Shown: positions 19,339 through 28,911, counted from the first letter of the stretch. The stretch is 64,000 bases of DNA from a virus (IMGVR_UViG_3300021961_000065:1-64000), one strand, 5' to 3'. Notes: generated from the sequence alone by a model not told the origin. A program made the numbers and translations.

Positions 19339-19482
19339 TTAATATCCTTGTTTTTTAGGTTTAACTATCTTTTTCATAGGTTTCTTTTTCATTGTTTTCA
19401 TAGAAGTTTTCCTTTTCTTAGTTGATTTACCATATTGTTCTTTGTGAACAAATGCCTGAGTATTGCTCGTTAGTTGTGACAT
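19339..19482 (-). CDS. Small basic protein with MCP-like N-terminus (47 aa)
   Basis: MSQLTSNTQAFVHKEQYGKSTKKRKTSMKTMKKKPMKKIVKPKKQGY; TAATG-coupled; ortholog 62700-62864. Confidence 0.8.
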   Translation of the reverse strand: MSQLTSNTQAFVHKEQYGKSTKKRKTSMKTMKKKPMKKIVKPKKQGY

Positions 19483-20258
19483 TAGTAGTTAGGTTTTCCT
19501 TTCACTCCTGGTTTACGTCCATAATTACCAAAGGTAATTCCATTCTTTAGTTTCCATGCCTCTTGAGACATTCTACGTTTCTGTGAAACGGATACTTGTT
19601 CAGCCTTAGGATTACCCATTTGTTTTAATGTAATAAAGCAAGTAGACTTAGCTTCTGCTAATAAGTATGTAAACATTTGAACAGGAAGATCAGGTGTAAA
19701 AGAATCTGTTATACTAAAAGCAACTGATCGTTTGCCATGACACTGTGTCTTACTACTTACAAGAGTAGAATTAACAGCACTATCATAAGAATCAAATACA
19801 AGATTGTCATCATCAAATGAAGTAAAGTATTGAGGAGGTTTATCATTATAAATTAATAAAGATATACCTGTTGTATCTGTTACTGTAGTTACATTAGATG
19901 CAGAACTATCTCTTTGATTCAAGATATAAAGAAAGTCTTCAGGAGTCTTATAGAGAATCTCTTTATACTTGTCCTTAGTATCTGTAAGTTTTCTACAATT
20001 ATAATTAAGCTTCTTAAGATCAATAATAGTTTCAGGTAGACTCATGTGAGTAGGTCTTGCTGAAGTACCACTACTATCTAATTGAAACAACTCATAGAGA
20101 AAAGGAAAGTCTTTACCATCTATAATGTTATAATAAGTTGATTTAATAATCTGTGCTACTTGTAAGGCTTCGACTGTATCATTAATACTATTAATTTCAT
20201 CAGAGTCCATATCTGACATGATGTCTTGTACCATTTCAAGTAGTGTCATTTTAGCCAT
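19482..20258 (-). CDS. Tail adaptor / tubular protein A
   Basis: MTLLEMVQDIMSDMDSDEINSI; position; highly conserved with 62864-63640. Confidence 0.7.
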   Translation of the reverse strand: MAKMTLLEMVQDIMSDMDSDEINSINDTVEALQVAQIIKSTYYNIIDGKDFPFLYELFQLDSSGTSARPTHMSLPETIIDLKKLNYNCRKLTDTKDKYKEILYKTPEDFLYILNQRDSSASNVTTVTDTTGISLLIYNDKPPQYFTSFDDDNLVFDSYDSAVNSTLVSSKTQCHGKRSVAFSITDSFTPDLPVQMFTYLLAEAKSTCFITLKQMGNPKAEQVSVSQKRRMSQEAWKLKNGITFGNYGRKPGVKGKPNY

Positions 20259-20262
20259 AATT

Positions 20263-20835
20263 TTATCCTAGAAATAAAACAGTTAAACCTGCTTCAGTTG
20301 GAGTAATATTAGTTCCTGAAGAAGTACCATCTCCTCCTACAAACATGGATAGTGTTTGACCTGCTGTTGCATTAACTAAACCACTAGAAGCTAAAGTAAT
20401 TTTATCAGCTCCATTAGTAGGTTTAGCAACAGTTGTTAATCGAGCTCCTACAGAACCATTTAAAGCATATTTAAAGTTATAAACTGAACCTGAAGCAATA
20501 GCTGCTGTTGTAAAGTTAATCCAGAAATCTACATAATAAGTACCTGCTTGATTAAGAGTAATGATACCACTTGCAGGAGTTGTAGTTAAAATAGACACAT
20601 CACCTTGTGTCCATTCTCCACTTGGATTAAGAAGTGAATAAGCAGAAGCACCTGCTAATGTATGAGCAGTAGCACCTGCTGAGATGTATAGATCTGCATG
20701 AGCTTTACCTGGAGGGTATGTCCATGCACCAGAACCTGATCCATTAGAAATATATACTTTACCACTTGTAGCAGCAGCTACACCCTTAGGCTCATGTATA
20801 TCTGGATCTGTGATAATGTTATGTTGTATAGTCAT
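20263..20835 (-). CDS. Virion structural protein (beta-rich)
   Basis: IHEPKG..A..G.VY.SNGSGSG.W N-terminus; ortholog at 63650-64000. Confidence 0.55.
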   Translation of the reverse strand: MTIQHNIITDPDIHEPKGVAAATSGKVYISNGSGSGAWTYPPGKAHADLYISAGATAHTLAGASAYSLLNPSGEWTQGDVSILTTTPASGIITLNQAGTYYVDFWINFTTAAIASGSVYNFKYALNGSVGARLTTVAKPTNGADKITLASSGLVNATAGQTLSMFVGGDGTSSGTNITPTEAGLTVLFLG

Positions 20836-20850
20836 TTAATATATATTCCT

Positions 20851-20885
20851 AAAAGATAAGGGAGGGTCCGAAGACCCTCATCCTT
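20851..20885 (-). terminator. Intrinsic terminator after the capsid genes
   Basis: GAGGGTC-TTCG-GACCCTC hairpin followed by CCTTATCTTTT. Confidence 0.75.
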
Positions 20886-20887
20886 AA

Positions 20888-21376
20888 TTAGTTTTTGTCG
20901 TAAACGTATTCAACGACAAGTCGAGCTTTACCTGTAAGTAAATCGTCAACGTTAGGAGCAACTACAACTTCTCCTGCAGTAGCACCGATTGTTTTACCTA
21001 CTAAAGCACCTGCACCAGTAACAACGTTACCTGCAGTGCCAATAGCTGTTTGTGTAGCCTCATCAGCTTCCACCAAACCATCAGCATCGATAGCAACACC
21101 TGCAGAATTATACAATCCAACAACTAAGTCTGTTGTAGTAGATGTAGAAGTAAATGCTACATCAACATATAACTTAGCTGAAACGATTGTTGCGTTTGCA
21201 GGAATAACATATTGTAAATTGCTAGTACCAGAAGCAGGGAGATTATCATAAGAGAAATCCCATTGGGCTCTTTTGATAATACCTGTAGATGCTGTTTGAG
21301 CACCTTTACTTCCATCTGTTGTTCTAGCACCATAGTGGTTAGCAACACCACGCTTTGCGTCTACTTCATAAGTCAT
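20888..21376 (-). CDS. Capsid decoration/cement protein
   Basis: Beta-rich 162 aa directly after MCP, before the terminator. Confidence 0.55.
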   Translation of the reverse strand: MTYEVDAKRGVANHYGARTTDGSKGAQTASTGIIKRAQWDFSYDNLPASGTSNLQYVIPANATIVSAKLYVDVAFTSTSTTTDLVVGLYNSAGVAIDADGLVEADEATQTAIGTAGNVVTGAGALVGKTIGATAGEVVVAPNVDDLLTGKARLVVEYVYDKN

Positions 21377-21387
21377 GTGATGTCTCC

Positions 21388-22368
21388 TTAGTAATTAGAT
21401 GGATGAGTTAAAATTACACCCAACGTGTCAACACGTTGAGCACCAAAACCGAAGCGAGAAGTAACTTGATACTTGTCAGCTCTTTCTTCGTTGTCTCTCC
21501 AACCTTCTGTTTTTGGAGCACGTCTCCATGCGTGCATAATTGGCTTGCATGAATCATCAGCCACACACATAAATACGTTTGCTTTGTCACCAACAGCAGC
21601 AGTTTCAGATGTTAAACCATATGAAGAAGCATTGATAGCTTCAGTAGCTGTTAATGTAGGTAAGAAGTTAGAAGTATAGATGTCGAAACCAAAGATATTC
21701 TTAACGAATTTATGATCACGAGCAAAACCTTCTGTTACAATACCATCAAACATTGGGTTATTTGAAACGTTAACTAAGTTTTGTAAGCTATTTAATGTAG
21801 CTTCAACAACTGGATCAACGATAGCAATACGACCACCTGCAGGAACATTAGCTTTATCAAATGCTAATTTCATAGCGATAAAGTCTTCTAATGTAATAGT
21901 TCTTGCATTAGCTGCAGCAGAACCTACCCAACGATGTGGACGACCATTAACTAAGTTAAGGTTAGCTGCAGTTTGACCTGAGTTAGCAGCAGCTAAATAT
22001 TTAGTTTCGTGGTTTTCACCAAGAGCACGTGTAGATTCCATAGCTCTCATAGACATTAATGTGTCTACTTGTGAACCATCTTCACGTAAGTCGTCAGAAA
22101 CTTTCCAAGCATCACCAACATAGTCAGTAATAGCAAGTGTTAAGTTACCTGTGTCAATAGGTGAGAAATTTAAAGGTGTATCCTCAGCAGCATCTTGAAG
22201 AGTTACTGTACCTACTGTTTTAATGTTTAAAGTTGTACCTGAACCAAAGTCAGTTACATCTCTCCACATTCCTTCTGGCAATAGATAGTCATGTAAGTTT
22301 TCAAGGATAAACTGAGAATACTGTTGAGCTTCAATAAAAGCTGTAGTATTAGAAGTTAATTGTGACAT
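21388..22368 (-). CDS. Major capsid protein
   Basis: 326 aa after scaffold; G.T..I..VG, LDKANVP..GR..IVDP-like pattern, C-terminal FGFG..R; strong SD. Confidence 0.85.
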   Translation of the reverse strand: MSQLTSNTTAFIEAQQYSQFILENLHDYLLPEGMWRDVTDFGSGTTLNIKTVGTVTLQDAAEDTPLNFSPIDTGNLTLAITDYVGDAWKVSDDLREDGSQVDTLMSMRAMESTRALGENHETKYLAAANSGQTAANLNLVNGRPHRWVGSAAANARTITLEDFIAMKLAFDKANVPAGGRIAIVDPVVEATLNSLQNLVNVSNNPMFDGIVTEGFARDHKFVKNIFGFDIYTSNFLPTLTATEAINASSYGLTSETAAVGDKANVFMCVADDSCKPIMHAWRRAPKTEGWRDNEERADKYQVTSRFGFGAQRVDTLGVILTHPSNY

Positions 22369-22381
22369 TTAAGTCTCCTTG

Positions 22382-23101
22382 TTAATTGTTTAATTGTCGT
22401 TTTACTTTTTCACCTGCAATTCGCCAAGCATTAAGCATATCTTTAGTAGAAGCACCTTTAGGTACTCTAGCAGATAACTCATCTGTTGCTTTATTATTAG
22501 ATAAAGATTCTGTATTTACAGTACTTTGTGATTTTGCAACTGTTGTAGCTCTGTTATCAAAACCTGCTAATTTTAAAACAACATTTGGAGATGTTGCAGA
22601 TAAATTGTGTAATTGTTCTAGTGTCATACCTGACTCTTTTGCTAAGGTATTATAAACTTCTTCAGCTTTACTTCCATACTTTTCAGTAAACTTGTCAGCT
22701 ACTGAACGAGCATTAGTTTGAGCTTTAGTTAGTTTTTCCCTTTGCTGTAAGGTTTGATTAACTAGATCCATGATTCTATCTTGGTTTATTTCACTCGTAG
22801 AAGTGGTAGCTTCTTGAGGTTGAATACCAGACTTTATTTCATCAAGTAACTCTTCTGTTGTTCTACGTTTAGCAAGTTCCTCTTTCAAATGAGTCATTTC
22901 TTCCTCTAGGGTTTTGATATGCTCTTGTGCATGAGGCACTGATCTTAACGCATCATCAACAGATTTATACTTTTTACCTTCGCCTACAAACTCTTGAGCT
23001 TCTGTCGGTATCTCAAAAGGTCTAGCTTGGGTATCTTGTTGCTGAGTCTCTTGGGTATTTGACTCAACAGCTTGTTCTTGTTTAACTTGTTCTTCACTCA
23101 T
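22382..23101 (-). CDS. Scaffolding protein
   Basis: Acidic coiled coil between portal and MCP. Confidence 0.7.
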   Translation of the reverse strand: MSEEQVKQEQAVESNTQETQQQDTQARPFEIPTEAQEFVGEGKKYKSVDDALRSVPHAQEHIKTLEEEMTHLKEELAKRRTTEELLDEIKSGIQPQEATTSTSEINQDRIMDLVNQTLQQREKLTKAQTNARSVADKFTEKYGSKAEEVYNTLAKESGMTLEQLHNLSATSPNVVLKLAGFDNRATTVAKSQSTVNTESLSNNKATDELSARVPKGASTKDMLNAWRIAGEKVKRQLNN

Positions 23102-23322
23102 TATTTTTCTCCTTGGTCAGGAATAAGATTATATAATTTAGAAAAAGCTTTTTGGATGCCTAATTGATAAGCTTGGTATTGACTCCAAGCAGGTTTATCA
23201 AAAGTTTCTTCATCTATTGCTTTTCTTTGAGCAAGTTGAATCTGCTCGAGACAGTAAGCTTTGAGCTCTTCAAACACTTGTTGTTTTGTTAAGCTCTTAG
23301 CTTTATCTGATTTTAAATCCAT
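23101..23322 (-). CDS. Hypothetical protein, probably leaderless
   Basis: ATG 6 nt after the -10 box, no SD. Confidence 0.65.
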   Translation of the reverse strand: MDLKSDKAKSLTKQQVFEELKAYCLEQIQLAQRKAIDEETFDKPAWSQYQAYQLGIQKAFSKLYNLIPDQGEK

Positions 23323-23328
23323 ATAACT

Positions 23329-23357
23329 ATTCTAACATAATTGATTAAAAAAGTCAA
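23329..23357 (-). promoter_or_regulatory. Sigma70 promoter for scaffold/capsid genes
   Basis: TTGACT-N17-TAGAAT with TGn extended -10. Confidence 0.7.
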
Positions 23358-23360
23358 GGT

Positions 23361-25148
23361 TTAAATTAACCCTGCTCCCTGTAAGACAGACTCATTTAAG
23401 TCGTCTTCAATAGGTTCTTGTGCTTGCATCTGAGCTTCTTGTTGAGCAGACATAGCTAACTTCTGTGTTTCAGCATTTTCAAAGATAGCTGCGTTGTCTT
23501 TAATAAACTCATAAGCTTCAAAACCCATGTACTCTTCCACCATCTTAGCTAATTGTTTAGCAGAGATATGTGGTGAAATCATTTGTCCAATCGGACTATT
23601 AAATAAACCTATAATGTTTTGAATTAACTGTGCTCGTGCTGCATAATGTCTAGCACCTATAGGACGTAATTTACCTTTAGCTGTAATATCTTCTTTAGTA
23701 ATAGATATAAAGTCAGCAACACCTAAGTCGTTATCCATTACTTTAGCAATCTCTGCAACATCTAAATTACGTCTAGCTGTTTCAAGCATTGTATTTAAAA
23801 TAGGTTCTATAAATTCTATTTCAAATTTATTAACTTTGTTTTGGAAAATACGACCTGCAGCATTTTGTAATTGTTGTACTTCAAATGCTGTTTTTTCACC
23901 TGGACTACGAATACCCATAGCTTCTCTAGGTGCTCCTGCCATTTCTTCCATAAGTTGTAATAACATACCAATTTCATTATTAACTTGGAAAGCAGCAGGA
24001 TTAGGAGGCATCATATCTACATCACCATCTTCAGGAATATGAATTACTGATTCAGGACCCCATTCAAATGGTTCTACATCACCTTTAATTCTAATTGGTG
24101 GATGTATTGTTAAATCTAGTGCATCTGCTTTTAAGTTTTCTAAATGGTCTACTCGATATTGCATACCTACTAAATTATCTAAAGGACCCATCGCATATAA
24201 ATTATCAGGACGATTTCTCCATCCTACATGATGTTTATTATCTTTACCTAAGTAAGATGGATTTTCTATATTACGTAATACATAACTACGATCTACAATA
24301 GTAATAATTCTATTTTCAAGTAACTCATCATCATGTTCACTATAAATAGTTCCTTCAAATTCTAATATTTCTACTAAACCTGATTGATAATATTCTTGTA
24401 ATGAACCAAAACCATCAATGTGATAAGCTTCTGCTTTGTTAATATCTTCTAATCTAAATTGAGTTATATTACGTCTTACATCCATAGTTTTATTAAAAGA
24501 ATCTATGTTGTATTGTAGATCAGGTCGTTTATCAATATCTAATTTAAGTTCACCTACTGTTTTTACATATCGTGTAAATTTAGGAGTATCTTTAAATGCT
24601 TTAGCTGTTGGATTAAAAATAATATCAAATGGTGATATTCTTTCTAGTTTAGGACCAGTATAAGTAACTATTTCTTCTTTTGTAATAGGATCAATATGTT
24701 TTTCTGTAATATAGTTTACTTCTGCAAAAGAATTACCATAATCAATGTAGTCATATACTAATTGAGCTACTGTTTCTCTAAAACCTGATTCTTTTAGTTT
24801 AGTTTTTAAATAGGCTTCAATCGCTTTACGTTTTGCTGTAGTTGTATCTTCTAAAGAAGCTCCTTCCCATTTCATCCAGTTATCATTAGGAAATAAAGCA
24901 TCCATGTAGTTAGCATGAAGATTATCTCTAATCTGAGTTAATTTAGGAAGTGTTGTTTTATTCTTCCAAGGAAGTTTAGAGTTAGTTGTTTTAGTGGTAT
25001 CAGTTGCAAATAGATAGTTTCTTAATTCTCTCCATTCTTCTTCTTTATCTTGTCTTTGAATCCACCAATTATTGTAGAGATGTCCTAGCTGTCTTGCTAA
25101 ATTTTCTCTAGCTAACATTTGTTTAATTTCTGCGACTTTTCCTGCCAT
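23361..25148 (-). CDS. Portal protein
   Basis: 595 aa after terminase; YDYIDYGN, MAGAP...G, KTAFEV. Confidence 0.85.
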   Translation of the reverse strand: MAGKVAEIKQMLARENLARQLGHLYNNWWIQRQDKEEEWRELRNYLFATDTTKTTNSKLPWKNKTTLPKLTQIRDNLHANYMDALFPNDNWMKWEGASLEDTTTAKRKAIEAYLKTKLKESGFRETVAQLVYDYIDYGNSFAEVNYITEKHIDPITKEEIVTYTGPKLERISPFDIIFNPTAKAFKDTPKFTRYVKTVGELKLDIDKRPDLQYNIDSFNKTMDVRRNITQFRLEDINKAEAYHIDGFGSLQEYYQSGLVEILEFEGTIYSEHDDELLENRIITIVDRSYVLRNIENPSYLGKDNKHHVGWRNRPDNLYAMGPLDNLVGMQYRVDHLENLKADALDLTIHPPIRIKGDVEPFEWGPESVIHIPEDGDVDMMPPNPAAFQVNNEIGMLLQLMEEMAGAPREAMGIRSPGEKTAFEVQQLQNAAGRIFQNKVNKFEIEFIEPILNTMLETARRNLDVAEIAKVMDNDLGVADFISITKEDITAKGKLRPIGARHYAARAQLIQNIIGLFNSPIGQMISPHISAKQLAKMVEEYMGFEAYEFIKDNAAIFENAETQKLAMSAQQEAQMQAQEPIEDDLNESVLQGAGLI

Positions 25149-25158
25149 AATAATTTCC

Positions 25159-26688
25159 TTAGTAAGTTACTCCCCCAAAACGAGAGTGTGTTTGTATACG
25201 ACTTGTCATATTAATAACATTACCTCTACCTTTTGGTACGATTGAAATAGCAATAGCATTGGCTAGTGCATCTTTAATATCATCGTGAGGAGGATGTCTT
25301 TGTGTTAATTCTTCTTCTAATGGTTGGCAATTACCTCCTTTGTAATGCCATATTTGTTTATTATCATATTTAGGTTCTAAAATAGCACTAATACGTTGTC
25401 GTTTATCACCCATATGTCGTGTAGGTCTATACTCATCAATAGCAAGAGGTATACCATTAGGTCGTAAATAACTATCTTTTAATTCTTTAACAATAAGTTG
25501 TTGAGCTACAGTAATTTCAGCTCGTAGTTTTCTAAATCCCCACTTTTCCCAAGAACGTAATATATGAGAATAGTAATCAACAATTTTATCTGTTTTAAAA
25601 CGATCTATATCTAAGACATAATAATTAGCTTGACTATCTACACCAATGATAACAAGAGCTGTATAGTCAGCTTTTTTACGTAAACTAAAAGCAAAGTCAA
25701 TCGCTGCATATATATTTAATTTACGATCTCGTATAAACCAGTCGCCTTCTTTATTTGTTAAAACTGAACGATCATAATATTGAAAATCATCTACATTTAA
25801 ATTAGCTGTTTCTTTACTATTAGGATCATTATAATATTGTGCAAAGAATTGAGTTTGATCTACATATTTAGCACGAATACGAGCTAATTCTCTTGCATCA
25901 AATCCAAATGATTTACCATCTTTACGTTTTTGTTTACTCCAAAGAAACTCACCATTAGTTTCTACTACTCGTTGAAATAATTCATAGACTGGCTCTTCTT
26001 CAAGCATTTCTCCTTCATCATCATAAATGCTTTCTTTCATGTTTACCATTGTGTCATATATATCTCTGGGGTGATAACGAGTACCAACAACCCACTCAAA
26101 AGCACCAGGATTTTCAATGGAAGCCAGTTGACTATATGCTGACGATACTTTATCTCGTCCCTCTTCAGTATAAGCATTACCAGGCACAACAATGTCGTCA
26201 AGCACAACAACATCAGCATGGAAACCAGTAGTATTTGAAGTAAGTCCAACTGCTTTAACACTGGCATCTCTTACTCCTTCCTCTTTTCTTTTTGGATGAT
26301 CAACAGCTATTTCAGCTACTGCCCATCGTTCTCTTTTGCCCTCTTCAGGATGTAACATTTCAGACCAATAACGTCTATAAATTGGACTATCTATAATTTG
26401 TTTAATTTGATATAATTGTTTTTCAGCTAAATCTGCTGTAGCTGATACATATAATATAGTAGTTTCAGGATGTTTAGTTAACCACCAAGCTGTTCTATAT
26501 GCTACTAATTTAGATTTCATATGTCCACGAGGAAGTAATACAAGTTGATTGTTTTTAGCTTCTTGTCTAGTCCACCATTGTATTAATTCTTCATGTATAG
26601 CTCCCATCATTAAATGAGGAGCTACTAATTTAATAAACGTTAGTAAGTCTTCTTCTGCTGCTTGTCTAATTTGGTCAATTTGACTCAT
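25159..26688 (-). CDS. Terminase large subunit
   Basis: PRGHMKS (Walker A), VVLDD (Walker B), GTRYH, IDFAFS, HDDIKDA. Confidence 0.9.
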   Translation of the reverse strand: MSQIDQIRQAAEEDLLTFIKLVAPHLMMGAIHEELIQWWTRQEAKNNQLVLLPRGHMKSKLVAYRTAWWLTKHPETTILYVSATADLAEKQLYQIKQIIDSPIYRRYWSEMLHPEEGKRERWAVAEIAVDHPKRKEEGVRDASVKAVGLTSNTTGFHADVVVLDDIVVPGNAYTEEGRDKVSSAYSQLASIENPGAFEWVVGTRYHPRDIYDTMVNMKESIYDDEGEMLEEEPVYELFQRVVETNGEFLWSKQKRKDGKSFGFDARELARIRAKYVDQTQFFAQYYNDPNSKETANLNVDDFQYYDRSVLTNKEGDWFIRDRKLNIYAAIDFAFSLRKKADYTALVIIGVDSQANYYVLDIDRFKTDKIVDYYSHILRSWEKWGFRKLRAEITVAQQLIVKELKDSYLRPNGIPLAIDEYRPTRHMGDKRQRISAILEPKYDNKQIWHYKGGNCQPLEEELTQRHPPHDDIKDALANAIAISIVPKGRGNVINMTSRIQTHSRFGGVTY

Positions 26689-26931
26689 TTATTTCTTTCT
26701 ATATTTAGCTGTTTTTTTAGCTATTGATTTAGGCTGTGCAACAAATTGTTTACCTTTACGTTTACCTTCTGCTTTAGCTGCATTAGTAGCTTTTTTTTCA
26801 GAAAGACTTAATGCTTTCCATGCTGCATCAGGTAAGTATCTTTTCTTTCCTTCACTTTTACTACCATCAGAAGTTCTCCACTTCTGTTTAGTCCAAGCTT
26901 TTAAACTCTTTTGTGATTTAGCAAGAGCCAT
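26689..26931 (-). CDS. Small basic protein (DUF5872-like, C-terminal part)
   Basis: QKSLKAWTKQKWRT..RYLP..AW..GKQFVAQP. Confidence 0.6.
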   Translation of the reverse strand: MALAKSQKSLKAWTKQKWRTSDGSKSEGKKRYLPDAAWKALSLSEKKATNAAKAEGKRKGKQFVAQPKSIAKKTAKYRKK

Positions 26932-27119
26932 TATTTATAACCTCCTCCTGCTTTTTTATATTCACTAGCAAGTAACTGAGCTTTACGAGCTGACCATTGT
27001 CCAGGATTACCACCTTTACTACCTGCTTTAATCTTTTCAAATAAACGTTTACGCATTGTAGGTTTTGTATAATTACCTGCTTGATTAACTTTACTTTTTG
27101 TTTTGCTTTTCGTTTTCAA
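26931..27119 (-). CDS. Small basic protein (DUF5872-like, N-terminal part)
   Basis: YTKP.MR..GSKGG.PGQWSARKAQLLASEYKKAGGGY. Confidence 0.6.
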   Translation of the reverse strand: MKTKSKTKSKVNQAGNYTKPTMRKRLFEKIKAGSKGGNPGQWSARKAQLLASEYKKAGGGYK

Positions 27120-27267
27120 GTTGTTTCATCCTTTCTAGTCTAGCTTCTCTTGTCATATACAACCAATGTTCTAGATCATCATAATTTCTGTAACATGATC
27201 TACATCTTGCTTTACCTGCTACATTTATCATACGACAATCCCCAGTACAAGGACTGTCGTCTACCAT
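27091..27267 (-). CDS. DUF1289-like four-Cys protein (58 aa)
   Basis: MVDDSPCTGDCRM...CRSCYRNYDDLEHW..M..EAR; not in the ORF track. Confidence 0.65.
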   Translation of the reverse strand: MVDDSPCTGDCRMINVAGKARCRSCYRNYDDLEHWLYMTREARLERMKQLENEKQNKK

Positions 27268-27542
27268 TTAACTTTATGACTCCAATAACGAGCACTTAAT
27301 TTACTTGGATTTGGATCTTGTGCATTATGTCTTGCATAGTAAGATTTCTTACGTGCTTTATCTTTAGCAGACGTAGGATTTTTACCTGCACCTCGTACAC
27401 CTTGTTGTCCAAACCTAATTGTTTTAACTTTATCTCCTACTTTAGCTACAACAACATGAGATTTAGTAGGATGTCCTGGAGTACGTTTAGGTTTGTTATA
27501 ACCTGATACTCCTGCTTTTTCTAGTCTAGAGTCTTTAGCCAT
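27261..27542 (-). CDS. Small basic protein
   Basis: Start re-called at MAKDSRL; K.IRFGQQG..RKKSYYARH..SARYWS. Confidence 0.65.
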   Translation of the reverse strand: MAKDSRLEKAGVSGYNKPKRTPGHPTKSHVVVAKVGDKVKTIRFGQQGVRGAGKNPTSAKDKARKKSYYARHNAQDPNPSKLSARYWSHKVKW

Positions 27543-27543
27543 A

Positions 27544-27678
27544 TTATTTCCTTTTTTTACTTTTACCTGCTTTTGATAATGCAATAGCAATAGCTTGTTT
27601 TTGTGGTTTACCTGCTTTCATTTCTTTACGAATATTTGCAGAAATAGTTTTTTGTGATTTACCTTTTTTAAGGGGCAT
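27544..27678 (-). CDS. Small basic protein (44 aa)
   Basis: [44 protein letters not shown]; SD GGAG. Confidence 0.7.
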   Translation of the reverse strand: MPLKKGKSQKTISANIRKEMKAGKPQKQAIAIALSKAGKSKKRK

Positions 27679-28105
27679 AATGTACTCCATTTTTATCAAT
27701 AATTAATATTTGTCTTAAAGCTTTATCACCTTCTTTAGGAAAAGAAATATGTATCCAAGCATCATATTCTAAAATTAATTGATCAAATTCAATAGATGAA
27801 TCAGCCAAAACTGAAAATACATCATCGACATCGCCATAACGATCACAAGTAAAATCAGCAGCAAGACCAAGTATATGTCTGCTTGTTCTTTTTGACCCCA
27901 AACGATCATTGAGAGCCTCACACCTAAAACCACTACTAATATTAATAGGATTACCACCAAGCTTAGTCCTAACATCTTCTAACCCTTTCGCTAAAGTTTT
28001 TAAATTCTCTATTTGCTCTTCATTAGGAGTGTTAGCTATTCCATATCGTGAAGCTGTTTGAGATCTTGTAAATTCATTTAATGTAAAATGTTCTGATAAC
28101 TTCAT
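27668..28105 (-). CDS. Endolysin, peptidase M15A family
   Basis: [29 protein letters not shown]. Confidence 0.85.
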   Translation of the reverse strand: MKLSEHFTLNEFTRSQTASRYGIANTPNEEQIENLKTLAKGLEDVRTKLGGNPINISSGFRCEALNDRLGSKRTSRHILGLAADFTCDRYGDVDDVFSVLADSSIEFDQLILEYDAWIHISFPKEGDKALRQILIIDKNGVHYAP

Positions 28106-28494
28106 TTAGTTAAGCCTTTACTTTTCTCCCAAGTTCTTAAACTTGCAAGACCAAGCATGGCTAAAGTTAGTTCCATTAATACATCTGTTTGTAATTGAGG
28201 TAATGTTATAGTAATGCCAAGTAATGTACACACCCACTGAGCCAATGGGGATAAAACAAACACCCAAGCAAAACCAAACCCAGAGACCCAACCAAGGAAA
28301 GGACGCCAACCACTAACCCAAATAGAGCGATGGCTAGCTTCGATTTTATTCGTTTCAGCTTGAGTAAGACTAATCTGTGCTGCATTATCAATAAGAGCTT
28401 TTTCAATTTCTTGTTTAGCTTTTTCTTTTGCATTGTTGTCAGGTATTAGTTTATCTAGTACAGTACTTATAATTGGTAAAATAGCTTGTATCAT
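28102..28494 (-). CDS. Holin (GTA 3TM-like)
   Basis: SGWRPFLGWV, hydrophobic segments, LG...LRTWEK.KG; next to the lysin. Confidence 0.8.
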   Translation of the reverse strand: MIQAILPIISTVLDKLIPDNNAKEKAKQEIEKALIDNAAQISLTQAETNKIEASHRSIWVSGWRPFLGWVSGFGFAWVFVLSPLAQWVCTLLGITITLPQLQTDVLMELTLAMLGLASLRTWEKSKGLTK

Positions 28495-28658
28495 TTAGAC
28501 ACAATCTCCTTCAATCGTAACACAGTCTCCTTGAGAACAGTGTACATTTTTATTGTTTTTACTTGTATAGTTTCTTTGAGAGCGTGGAGTGGATCTCGGA
28601 TAATTTCGTAAGCCACGAGTATCACACAAACTGAAATCAAATGAAGTGTCATAGACAT
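28491..28658 (-). CDS. Small membrane protein in the lysis cassette (55 aa)
   Basis: SD AAGGAG 7 nt before ATG; MSMTLHLISVCVILVAYEII...; ATGA overlap with the holin start. Confidence 0.55.
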   Translation of the reverse strand: MSMTLHLISVCVILVAYEIIRDPLHALKETIQVKTIKMYTVLKETVLRLKEIVSK

Positions 28659-28697
28659 CTTTGTTTCTCCTTAATAATTGACATAATCTAGATAACA

Positions 28698-28910
28698 TTA
28701 AAACATCCTTGTTATAAGTTCTACTGCATTTACTTTACTAATTATAATACTTGATCCTACAATACTACCAAAACCTACAATAATAGTCCAAAGAAGTTTA
28801 TTAAGAACATTTTCTATTTTATCTATACGAGCATGTATATTAGCGTACCTTTCGGCACACAGTTCTTCATGAGATCTAAGTTCCTGTTCTACTTCTTTTG
28901 CTGTTGTCAT
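28698..28910 (-). CDS. Coiled-coil plus TM protein (XhlA/holin-like)
   Basis: HEELCAERY..I..RIDKIE followed by a TM helix. Confidence 0.6.
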   Translation of the reverse strand: MTTAKEVEQELRSHEELCAERYANIHARIDKIENVLNKLLWTIIVGFGSIVGSSIIISKVNAVELITRMF

Positions 28911-28911
28911 A

